This document shows, one piece after another, positions 9,596 to 18,359 of a stretch of 64,000 nt of DNA. The stretch comes from OCS116 cluster bacterium AG-390-A19. GTDB lineage: Bacteria; Pseudomonadota; Alphaproteobacteria; MED-G09. Under the pieces are notes generated by a model. That model ran no database searches. It was not told the origin of the DNA and saw nothing but the letters and a program-made list of their open reading frames with translations. The position numbers and the translations under genes were made by a program. Numbering within the stretch: the stretch's first letter is position 1; the number at the start of each line of letters is the position of its first letter. The stretch lies in the NCBI GenBank assembly GCA_003278145.1, contig QCGV01000001.1:139616-203615 (forward strand), given 5' to 3'.

Positions 9596-11005
9596 TTATG
9601 CTCTATTTTCAAACCAGCCATGGAAACCATAAGGCACTCTATGAGGGAGTTGAGCCGTAGCTACTGGACCATCATCAACATGTTGAGCATCTAAGAAGAT
9701 TAAATTTGATCTATTTTCAGCACCGTTATATTCCGTAGCTATTAACCATCCTTCTCCATCTTTACTGTCCTTTGATTTAGGTGCAAAAACAGGCTCACCT
9801 ACTGCTCCACCTTCAGCAGTGGTATAAGATTTTCTTTCACCAGTATTATAATCATAATGAATAATTGAATTAAGAGACATACCCTTAGGATGGTTCCCAA
9901 TACTTCCAGCATAGTAACCATGAGCGTATTTACGTAGTGCAAACCTTTCATCAAACCTTGGGAATTCCCCTGTTATATTATCTAATGAAGTTTTAATTAA
10001 TTTAGAATTCTTTATATCAATTTCCCATCTTGCATGTTTAGCTTCTGCTTCTGATTGTTTTGGCATAGTACCATCTGCATATGGGAATAAAGGTGGAAGT
10101 CCAAATTCCATACAATCACATATTATAGAACCATTTTCTTCATAAGAATTCATATAATGAAATACAAAGGTTGGATCTGCTTCAATCCATTTTGCATCTT
10201 TAGCAGTACCATTTCTAGGCATTACACAAATGTGGCTTCCTTTTTCAGGTTCCCATGCAAAAGCTGGACCCCCATTTATTACTCGCTCAAAATCACCCGT
10301 TAAAGGAAAAACAGGTATTATTATATAATTTTCAGTGGCAAAAAAATCATGAACCATTGATGGAAATGGTGCCTTAATTAACTCAGATTTTGAAATCTTT
10401 CCATCCTTTGATACAGATGTATACCTTATTGTATCACTAAAAAAACCATCAGCCATATATCCAAAAAATAATAATTCTCCTGTAACTGGATCTACTTTAG
10501 GATGGGCTGTAACAGGACCTTGAAGTTTACTATCAAATGTATGGGATCCAATTGACTTAAGAGTAAATGGATCAAACTCAAAAGGTGCATGTGCCTCTTC
10601 AAGCGCTAAAAGCTTTCCAGCATGAGAAACTATCGAAGTATTTGCTAACCCATCGGTTTCTAAACCCTGAACTGAAGGATCAGTATCTGTAGGGTCCATT
10701 CCACTTGGAAATAGTGCCTCACCGGCTTCGTGTTCTTTAAGCCACTTTACAGTTCTCATCCAACGGTTAATGTATGAAACTTTTCCATTATTGATATGAA
10801 AGGCATGAACCATTCCGTCGCCACCAAACCAATGAGATTTACCTCCTCTAGGAGAAAATTTTGGATCAGGACCATTTCTGTAATAGCTACCATTTATTTC
10901 TAAAGGAACATTACCCTCTATTATTAAATCATCAACGTTACTTTCCATTCTTAGTGGTGCAAAATTTCCTATGAGATGATCTTCTTTTGGATATGGTTTA
11001 GCCAT
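9596..11005 (-). CDS. Carotenoid-cleavage/lignostilbene dioxygenase family (RPE65/CCD) enzyme
   Basis: All four family iron-ligand histidine contexts are present: TAHPKVDP, MVHDFFATENY, VFHYMNSYEE, YGFHGWFE. Length 469 aa. Confidence 0.88.
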   Translation of the reverse strand: MAKPYPKEDHLIGNFAPLRMESNVDDLIIEGNVPLEINGSYYRNGPDPKFSPRGGKSHWFGGDGMVHAFHINNGKVSYINRWMRTVKWLKEHEAGEALFPSGMDPTDTDPSVQGLETDGLANTSIVSHAGKLLALEEAHAPFEFDPFTLKSIGSHTFDSKLQGPVTAHPKVDPVTGELLFFGYMADGFFSDTIRYTSVSKDGKISKSELIKAPFPSMVHDFFATENYIIIPVFPLTGDFERVINGGPAFAWEPEKGSHICVMPRNGTAKDAKWIEADPTFVFHYMNSYEENGSIICDCMEFGLPPLFPYADGTMPKQSEAEAKHARWEIDIKNSKLIKTSLDNITGEFPRFDERFALRKYAHGYYAGSIGNHPKGMSLNSIIHYDYNTGERKSYTTAEGGAVGEPVFAPKSKDSKDGEGWLIATEYNGAENRSNLIFLDAQHVDDGPVATAQLPHRVPYGFHGWFENRA

Positions 11006-11142
11006 TTTTAATTCCCCTTTATTTATTTCTTCTTCATGTATTATAAATTTTTATTTTTTATATGTAAAAGGGATTGTTGCTTTAGATTTACTGTGCTGTA
11101 ATAAAGATGTTTATAAGGCATTTATGAGAAGGAGATAGTTAA

Positions 11143-12573
11143 ATGAAAGAATGTATGCAATTTTATATTAACGGTGAATGGGTAGATCCAGTTGACCCAA
11201 AGTCTTTAGATGTTATTAATCCCGCAACAGAAGAAGTAATTGGTAAAATAGCTATGGGTAACAGCCAAGATGTTAATAAAGCTGTTGCTGCTGCGAAAGA
11301 AGCATTTGAAAGTTTTTCTCAAACAACAAAAGAAGAGCGTTTAGCTCTTATGGGAAAAATTCTTGAAGTTTATCAATCACGTTATGATGAAATTGCAGAA
11401 ACAATTTCTTCTGAAATGGGTGCACCTTTGTGGCTTTCAAAGGCGGCTCAAGCTGCTACTGGAGCAGGGCATTTTGGTACATTTATGGAAGTTTTAAAAA
11501 ATTATAACTTTGATGAAGATAAGGGAACAACCAGACTCAGAAAAGAGCCAGTTGGTGTCTGTGGTTTGATTACTCCTTGGAACTGGCCAATCAATCAGAT
11601 TGCTTGTAAGGTTGCACCAGCATTAGCTGCAGGATGTACTATGGTTTTAAAGCCATCAGAAGTTTCTCCGTTAAATGCAGTAATATTTGCTGAAGTTCTT
11701 CATGAAGCAGGAGTTCCTGCTGGAGTATTTAACCTTGTAAATGGTGATGGTTTAAGTGTCGGTGAAGCAATGTCCTCTCATCCCGATATTGATATGATGT
11801 CGTTTACGGGTTCAACTAGAGCAGGGGTTGCTGTAGCTAAAGCTTCTGCAGACACTGTAAAAAGAGTTTCTCAAGAATTAGGTGGTAAATCAGCTAACAT
11901 TATTCTTGATGATGCTGATTTCAATCAATCAGTTGCCGGCGGTGTTACAGGTTGCTTTATGAATTCTGGTCAATCATGTAATGCACCTACTCGAATGCTT
12001 GTTCCTGCTGATAGGCAGGATGAGGCTGTTGCTATTGCTAAAGCGACTGCAGAGGCAACTGTAGTAGGCGATCCCAAAGAAGTTGCAGCTGGAGGAATTG
12101 GTCCAGTTGTAAGTGAAGTTCAATTTAATAAAATTCAAGGATTAATTGAAAAAGGTATTGAGGAAGGCGCTACACTTGTTGCTGGTGGCCCAGGAAAGCC
12201 TGAAGGTTTTAATGCTGGTTATTATGTTAAACCAACTATTTTCTCAGATGTATCGAATGATATGACTATTGCCAGAGAAGAAATTTTTGGTCCTGTTTTA
12301 TCAATTCTTCCATACAAAGATGAAGATGATGCTATATCAATTGCCAATGATACAGAGTATGGATTATCAGGCTATGTATCTGGAAGTCAGGAAAAAGCTC
12401 AAAAGTTTGCTGAGAAATTTCGTTCAGGTAATGTTCATGTTAATGGCGCAGGTCCAGATTTTAATGCACCGTTTGGCGGCTATAAGAAGTCGGGTAATGG
12501 TAGAGAGTGGGGTGATCTTGGTTTTGAAGAATTCTTAGAAATCAAAGCGATTCTTGGCTATAACGCTGCTTAA
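11143..12573 (+). CDS. NAD(P)-dependent aldehyde dehydrogenase
   Basis: Catalytic Glu motif ELGGKS, catalytic Cys context NSGQSCNAPTR, PWNWP, EEIFGPV. AGGAG Shine-Dalgarno upstream. Confidence 0.93.
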   Translation: MKECMQFYINGEWVDPVDPKSLDVINPATEEVIGKIAMGNSQDVNKAVAAAKEAFESFSQTTKEERLALMGKILEVYQSRYDEIAETISSEMGAPLWLSKAAQAATGAGHFGTFMEVLKNYNFDEDKGTTRLRKEPVGVCGLITPWNWPINQIACKVAPALAAGCTMVLKPSEVSPLNAVIFAEVLHEAGVPAGVFNLVNGDGLSVGEAMSSHPDIDMMSFTGSTRAGVAVAKASADTVKRVSQELGGKSANIILDDADFNQSVAGGVTGCFMNSGQSCNAPTRMLVPADRQDEAVAIAKATAEATVVGDPKEVAAGGIGPVVSEVQFNKIQGLIEKGIEEGATLVAGGPGKPEGFNAGYYVKPTIFSDVSNDMTIAREEIFGPVLSILPYKDEDDAISIANDTEYGLSGYVSGSQEKAQKFAEKFRSGNVHVNGAGPDFNAPFGGYKKSGNGREWGDLGFEEFLEIKAILGYNAA

Positions 12574-12595
12574 ACTAAACTAAATTAAATTTAAG

Positions 12596-12623
12596 AAGGC
12601 TGCTCTTTTGTGCAGCCTTTTTT
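12596..12623. terminator. Bidirectional rho-independent terminator between convergent ALDH and PCu(A)C genes
   Basis: AAGGCTGC / GCAGCCTT 8-bp stem, 8-nt loop, then a T-run that reaches the stop codon of the minus-strand gene. Confidence 0.75.
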
Positions 12624-13047
12624 ATTTGATAGGTGGTTTAATTTTTAAAATTGGTTCTATAGAAATATTTTCATGATTTTGAAAAATAAGATTAATAAGG
12701 ATTTTATCTCCTAGCTTTAAATTTTTATCAATACTAGATAACATTATATGAAAACTTCCCGGTTGGAATAATACTGAGTTATTTGCAGGTATTTTTGTTC
12801 CATTAGAATGGTGTTTCATATGAGTCATGTTGCCCATTCTCTGGGTCTCATGGATCATTACAGACTTAGCATTCGGAGAAGAGGCTTTTATCAAAAAATC
12901 ATCTTCAGTATTTGTATTTTTAATTTCAAAATATACTGCACCCATTCCATTTGGAGTAAGTCTAGCCCATTCATTATCGATTATTATCTTTGCATAACCA
13001 TTGTTAAAACAGAAAGTAAGGGCTGCTAATATTAAAAATTTTTTCAT
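12622..13047 (-). CDS. Periplasmic copper chaperone PCu(A)C (DUF461 family)
   Basis: Signal peptide. Met/His copper motif of the H-x10-M ... H-x-M type (IHETQRMGNMTHM ... SFHIM). Length 141 aa. Confidence 0.75.
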   Translation of the reverse strand: MKKFLILAALTFCFNNGYAKIIIDNEWARLTPNGMGAVYFEIKNTNTEDDFLIKASSPNAKSVMIHETQRMGNMTHMKHHSNGTKIPANNSVLFQPGSFHIMLSSIDKNLKLGDKILINLIFQNHENISIEPILKIKPPIK

Positions 13048-13602
13048 TTAATTATTAGGAAGTATTTTCTCTACAGCTTTTACAAGGCTACCGGACATAG
13101 GTTTTGTTAGAGATGTAAATGATTTATTAAAAGATCCGTCAGGAGCAATTAAGTATTTATGAAAATTCCATTTTGGCGTTCCTGCAGATTGTGTAACAAG
13201 CCATTTATAAAAAGGGTGAGCATCATCACCTTTAACACTAACTTTTGAGGTCATTGGAAAATCTATTCCAAATGTAGTTTCACAAAATTCTTTAATCTCA
13301 CCATCGTTTCCTGGCTCCTGAGATTTAAAATTATTTGCGGGTACTCCAATAACAACCAAACCTTTGTCTTTATAATTTTCCCATAATGTTTGAAGACCTT
13401 CATATTGCCCTGTAAAACCGCATAAAGATGCAGTATTAACAACTAAAAGTGCTTTACCTTTATATTGATCAAGATTTAAATCGCCTCCTTCAATAGATTC
13501 AAAGCTAAATGAAAAAGCATTTGTATTTGATGCATTATCTGCAATAACATTGCTTTGATTAAAGCCAAAAAATACTAGAAGAGTTAACAAAAATTTTTTC
13601 AT
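13048..13602 (-). CDS. Glutathione peroxidase family protein with signal peptide (Cys-type)
   Basis: VVNTASLCGFTGQYEGL, NNFKSQEPG and KWNFHKYLI motifs. The active-site residue is encoded by TGC, not TGA. The stop codon abuts the PCu(A)C start with 0-nt gap. Confidence 0.85.
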   Translation of the reverse strand: MKKFLLTLLVFFGFNQSNVIADNASNTNAFSFSFESIEGGDLNLDQYKGKALLVVNTASLCGFTGQYEGLQTLWENYKDKGLVVIGVPANNFKSQEPGNDGEIKEFCETTFGIDFPMTSKVSVKGDDAHPFYKWLVTQSAGTPKWNFHKYLIAPDGSFNKSFTSLTKPMSGSLVKAVEKILPNN

Positions 13603-13807
13603 AACAATACCTATAAGTTAGTTTCAAAAATGAAAATATAATATCTTCAAAATTTTGGCCAATCTAACTGGTGTTATAATCTTTGTAAAATTAAATTTAT
13701 TTAATTAGTGCGATATTTTGACCTTTAAATCTTAAATTTTTAAGAAATATGAATGATTTATATCTAAATTTTCTATATCATAGTAGATAATTATAAAGAG
13801 AACAAAA

Positions 13808-15010
13808 ATGGATTTAAACGCTGGACCTGAATATATTGATTTTAGAGAAAATGTTCTCTCTTTTCTTGAAAAAAATAAACATATGGCTGGTAAAGCAAGA
13901 ACCCCTGTTAGGCCAAGTAGCGAGGAGCTTAAATGGCAAAAAAAATTAATCGATAATGGTTATGCTGCTAGAACTATTCCAAAAAAGTATGGCGGGTATG
14001 GAGCTCAGTCAGACGTTTTAAAATCACGAATAATTGCTGAGGAATTTAGTAAAGCTAATATCCCTATGGGTATGGCTAATCAAGGTATTTCTATGTTAGT
14101 GCCAACTCTTTTAGAATTAGGATCAGATGATCAAAAAAATGAGTGGATAAGCAAAACTATTTCAGGAGAGGTGATTTGGTGTCAGGGTTACTCTGAGCCT
14201 GGTTCAGGGTCTGATCTTGCTTCCTTACAAACAAAAGCAATTGTCGATGGTGATGATTTTATCATAAATGGTCAGAAAATCTGGACGTCAGGCGCTCAAA
14301 TTGCTGACATGATGTTTTGTTTAGTAAGAACTGAGCCTGAGGCTGCAAAACATAAAGGAATATCTTATATTTTAATTGATATGAAAACTCCTGGAATTGA
14401 AGTTCGACCTTTAATGACAATGACAGGACATGCAGAATTTAATGAAGTTTTTTTTACCGATGTAAGGGTTCCTAAAAACCAAATTGTTGGAAAAAGAGGA
14501 GAAGGTTGGTATGTGGCAAACGCAACTTTAACTCATGAAAGAGGGATGCTTGGTGATCCTAATCAGTCAGCGACACGTTTGAATGAGATTATTGATTTAA
14601 TGCATCAAGAAACCATTAACGGTGAGAAATTAATTAATAACCCTATCCATTTGGATAGATTAATGAAGCTTCAGGCAAGGGTGCTAAGTATGTCATTTAA
14701 TAGTTTGAGATTGTTGACGGCATCCCATAAGAAATTAGATGCCAAAATGGCAAAATTAATTGTTAAGTTAAATGGATGTCAGCTTAATCATGATCTTGCT
14801 GGTTTTGCGATTGACCTTCTTGGAGAGCTCGGCACAATTTATGGTAAAAGTAATCATGATCACGGCTCAGGAAAATGGCAATGGAAGTATATGTTTGACC
14901 TAGGATTAATTATTGGGGGCGGAACAGCTCAAATACAAAAAAATATAATAAGTGAAATAGGTCTTGGAATGCCTCGTGAACCAAAACCAATGGTTAATGG
15001 AAAAAAATAA
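13808..15010 (+). CDS. Acyl-CoA dehydrogenase, FAD-binding (alpha-like) subunit
   Basis: CQGYSEPGSGSDLASL FAD/substrate motif, INGQKIWTSGA, C-terminal GGGTAQIQKNIISE. Confidence 0.88.
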   Translation: MDLNAGPEYIDFRENVLSFLEKNKHMAGKARTPVRPSSEELKWQKKLIDNGYAARTIPKKYGGYGAQSDVLKSRIIAEEFSKANIPMGMANQGISMLVPTLLELGSDDQKNEWISKTISGEVIWCQGYSEPGSGSDLASLQTKAIVDGDDFIINGQKIWTSGAQIADMMFCLVRTEPEAAKHKGISYILIDMKTPGIEVRPLMTMTGHAEFNEVFFTDVRVPKNQIVGKRGEGWYVANATLTHERGMLGDPNQSATRLNEIIDLMHQETINGEKLINNPIHLDRLMKLQARVLSMSFNSLRLLTASHKKLDAKMAKLIVKLNGCQLNHDLAGFAIDLLGELGTIYGKSNHDHGSGKWQWKYMFDLGLIIGGGTAQIQKNIISEIGLGMPREPKPMVNGKK

Positions 15011-16092
15011 TGGAATTTGCATTATCAGAAGAACAAGAAATTCTAATGGACAGTGTTAAAAAGATGCTAGATGAAAATATTAGCATCGATAATCTACGTG
15101 AACACTCCAAAGGAGATGATTCATTAAGAAAGTCCTTACGAAAATTGATTATTGATATGGGTTTACCAGGTTTAATGATCCCAGAAGAGTATGGGGGATC
15201 TGGTTTAGGAGTTTTGGAAGCAAGTTTGGTAGCTGAACAATTAGGATCTTATGCAGCACCATCACCATGGATTGGAAGCTCTATAATGGCACCAACTGCA
15301 ATTTTATTTGATAAGGAAAATAATTTGGCTGAAAAATGGCTTCCACTGATTGCATCTGGTGAAATTACCGCTTGTGTGTCCCTTAGTGAAGTTATTGGAA
15401 AGAGAAGTGATTTAGGTTTAGTTTTAGATGGCACAAATGTTTCAGGGGTAAGTATTTTTGGAATAGATGGCGAGCTAAATCCAACAATAATAATAACAGC
15501 AGTAGATGATAATTTAATACTTGTTGAGACAGATAATAACGGTGTTGAAATCAATGAGATACCAACAATAGATTCAACCCGTCCAGTTGTTGAAATAATT
15601 TTTGATTCTTCAAAATGCCAAATAATAACTGGTGGTAAAGATGCCATTCAAAAAACAATTGATGTAGGAAGAATTGGTTTAGCAGCAGATTTGCTTGGTG
15701 CTAGCCAGAACATGATTAATAAAGCTGTTGAGTACTCGCTTGAGCGAAAACAGTTTGAAAGAGTTATAGGATCTTTTCAGGCGGTAAAACATATGTGTGC
15801 TGAAATGGCAGCTGACTTAGAGCCCTGTAGATCTTTAATGTGGTATGCGGCTTATTCACAAGATTTTATTAAAGATGAAGCAAGTCTTTTAGCATGTCAT
15901 GCAAAAGCTCATCTATCTGAGATTGGTCAAGATATTGCAAGAACTTCAACGCAAGTTTTTGGAGGAATGGGCTTTACCGATCTTTTAGGTATGCACTATT
16001 GGTTTAAAAGAGTAGGTTTATCAAGACAAATTCTTGGCGGTCCAGAAAGGGTTAGAAAAGAAGCAGCATTAATTCAGGGCTTTGAATTATAA
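15010..16092 (+). CDS. Acyl-CoA dehydrogenase family protein with a degenerate FAD motif (beta-like subunit)
   Basis: ACAD C-terminal helices (ERKQFERVIGSFQAVKH, QVFGGMGFT). The position of the TEPxxGSD motif reads CVSLSEVIGKRSDL. The start overlaps the upstream stop (TAATG). Confidence 0.8.
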   Translation: MEFALSEEQEILMDSVKKMLDENISIDNLREHSKGDDSLRKSLRKLIIDMGLPGLMIPEEYGGSGLGVLEASLVAEQLGSYAAPSPWIGSSIMAPTAILFDKENNLAEKWLPLIASGEITACVSLSEVIGKRSDLGLVLDGTNVSGVSIFGIDGELNPTIIITAVDDNLILVETDNNGVEINEIPTIDSTRPVVEIIFDSSKCQIITGGKDAIQKTIDVGRIGLAADLLGASQNMINKAVEYSLERKQFERVIGSFQAVKHMCAEMAADLEPCRSLMWYAAYSQDFIKDEASLLACHAKAHLSEIGQDIARTSTQVFGGMGFTDLLGMHYWFKRVGLSRQILGGPERVRKEAALIQGFEL

Positions 16093-16109
16093 AAATTGGG
16101 GGTTTATTC

Positions 16110-18353
16110 ATGAAAAAAATTATTCTTATTGCACTATTGGTTATTTTTGCAGGTGTTCTATATTTTTCAGGAGGCCTTTATTATGGTTGGACAGGTAAAT
16201 ATGAGAGAGCAGGTTCAATAAAAGGTAAAACAATACCTAACGAAATCATATCTAAAAGAACAGCTAATCAAATAAATTCCGCAAAAACCCTGGGTATTAA
16301 AGAACCTAAACAAATTCTTTTTGGCGACCTCCATGTTCATACAACATTTTCAACTGATGCTTTTTTATGGACTTTACCAATGTTAAATGGAACTGGTTCG
16401 GCTCCTATGGCTGATGCTTGTGATTATGCTAGATATTGTTCTGGAATAGATTTTTGGGCAACAACTGATCATGCTGAGGCATCAACTCCTAGAAAATGGA
16501 AAGAAACCAAAGAACTTATTCGTCAATGTTCTTTTGCAACTGATAGTGAAGAGAGTACTGATGTCATCCCATTTATTGGATTTGAATGGACACAGGTTGG
16601 AGCATTTCCATCTGAACACTATGGTCATAAGAACGTTATTTTCAAGGACCTGGATGATGAAAAAGTTGCAAAAAGACCTATTGCTGCATCTGGTGTTGCA
16701 GTAAATGCTTTGAGAAATAATACTGATAATACCGATAATGATTTTCGATTACTAGGGTTTACAGATCTTAAAAATTGGCAAGAATATGCCAATCTTCAGG
16801 CTTTTTTAAAAGAACTTCGTGATGTACCTTTTTGTGATCAGAATCTATCTTCAGATCAGCTACCTTTAGATTGTTTTGAACAAGCTAAAGACCCTGGTGA
16901 GTTGATGAGGCGTTTAGAAGAGCAATCTCTTGATCCATTAGTAATTCCTCATGGTTCATCTTGGGGTTTTTATACACCACCAACTTCAGCATGGGATAAA
17001 CAACTTAAGAAAGATATGAGACCAGAGTCTTTTCCTATTATTGAAGTTATGTCAGGACATGGAAATACTGAAGAATATAGATCATATAGACAAGTTATTG
17101 GTGAAATAGAAAACCCTATATGCCCCAGTCCGACTGAAAATTTTTTACCTTCATGTTGGCGTGCGGGTCAAATTATTGAAACTAGATGTTTAAATTCTGG
17201 TTTAGATGAAAAAGAGTGTTCTTCAAGAGCTGAAAAGGCCAGACAAGTAACAGCAAACCTTGGTGTTGGTTTTCATATAGCCGTACCAGGTGAAAATACT
17301 GAAGATTATTTAAATTCTGGCCAATGCCAAGATTGTTTTTTACCAGCGTTTAACCATAATCCAACAACATCGGTTCAGTATGGACTTGCTATTACAAACT
17401 TTGATGAAGATGAGCCAATAAATTTTAATTGGGGTTTTATTTCTTCTTCGGATAATCACAGGGCACGCCCTGGAACAGGTTACAAACCGGTTGATAGAAA
17501 AACTACCACTGAGTCTGCTGGAGCAAGGAGTGAATATTATAGAGGGTTACTTTTACCTAATCAGGGTCAAGAAGCAGATCCAAATATACTTCCTTTAACA
17601 CGTGAAGAAATTTTAGCTTCTAATGCCGGTTTTGCTTTAACTGAGCTTGAGAGGCAGCAAAGTTTTTGGACTCAAGGAGGTTTAGCAGCTGTTCATTCAG
17701 AAGGAAGAAATAGAAATGCAATTTGGGATGCTATGGAAAGGAAAGAAATTTATGGAACCTCAGGTCCTAGAATTTTACTTTGGTTTGATGAAGTTTCAAA
17801 TCAGGAAATTAACCCAATGGGCTCATCTTTATCCTTATCAAATAATCCAAAATTTATTGTAAAAGCTGTTGGTTCTTTCAAGCAAAAACCTGGTTGTGAA
17901 GACTTTGTTATGGATGGTTTACCAAGAGAAAAAATTGATACCTTGTGTGGAGGTGAATGCTATAATCCATCATCCGAGAGGTTAAATATTACTCGTATTG
18001 AAGTTATTAAAATTACTCCTCAAATATCATCTAATGAGAAAGTTGATGACCTCATTCAAGATCCTTGGCTAGTTTTACCATGTAATGGAGATAATGGTTG
18101 TGAAGTAGAATTTGAAGATCCAAGCTTTATTGAAAATGATAGACATTCGATTTACTATGTTAGAGCTATTCAAGAACCTACCGATACCATTAATGGTGAT
18201 AGCTTGAGGTGTAAGTATGATAGCGAGGGTAATTGTATAGAGGTAAATCCTTGCTGGGGAGATTATAGAGTAGACTCTAATGATGCGTGTTTATCTAAAG
18301 AAGAGCATAGAGCCTGGTCATCTCCAATTTATATATCCAAAAATAATAGTTAA
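16110..18353 (+). CDS. Membrane-anchored DUF3604-like protein (PHP-type metal-dependent hydrolase fold) with a Cys-rich C-terminus
   Basis: N-terminal TM helix. GDLHVHTTFSTDAF, TTDHAE and IPHGSSWG metal-site-like motifs. C-terminal 150 aa with multiple Cys pairs. GGGGG Shine-Dalgarno upstream. Confidence 0.7.
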   Translation: MKKIILIALLVIFAGVLYFSGGLYYGWTGKYERAGSIKGKTIPNEIISKRTANQINSAKTLGIKEPKQILFGDLHVHTTFSTDAFLWTLPMLNGTGSAPMADACDYARYCSGIDFWATTDHAEASTPRKWKETKELIRQCSFATDSEESTDVIPFIGFEWTQVGAFPSEHYGHKNVIFKDLDDEKVAKRPIAASGVAVNALRNNTDNTDNDFRLLGFTDLKNWQEYANLQAFLKELRDVPFCDQNLSSDQLPLDCFEQAKDPGELMRRLEEQSLDPLVIPHGSSWGFYTPPTSAWDKQLKKDMRPESFPIIEVMSGHGNTEEYRSYRQVIGEIENPICPSPTENFLPSCWRAGQIIETRCLNSGLDEKECSSRAEKARQVTANLGVGFHIAVPGENTEDYLNSGQCQDCFLPAFNHNPTTSVQYGLAITNFDEDEPINFNWGFISSSDNHRARPGTGYKPVDRKTTTESAGARSEYYRGLLLPNQGQEADPNILPLTREEILASNAGFALTELERQQSFWTQGGLAAVHSEGRNRNAIWDAMERKEIYGTSGPRILLWFDEVSNQEINPMGSSLSLSNNPKFIVKAVGSFKQKPGCEDFVMDGLPREKIDTLCGGECYNPSSERLNITRIEVIKITPQISSNEKVDDLIQDPWLVLPCNGDNGCEVEFEDPSFIENDRHSIYYVRAIQEPTDTINGDSLRCKYDSEGNCIEVNPCWGDYRVDSNDACLSKEEHRAWSSPIYISKNNS

Positions 18354-18359
18354 AATATT

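Noticed and set aside
13048-13602. Possible selenocysteine in the glutathione peroxidase.
   Set aside because: The active-site codon is TGC (Cys). There is no in-frame TGA and no SECIS-like structure.
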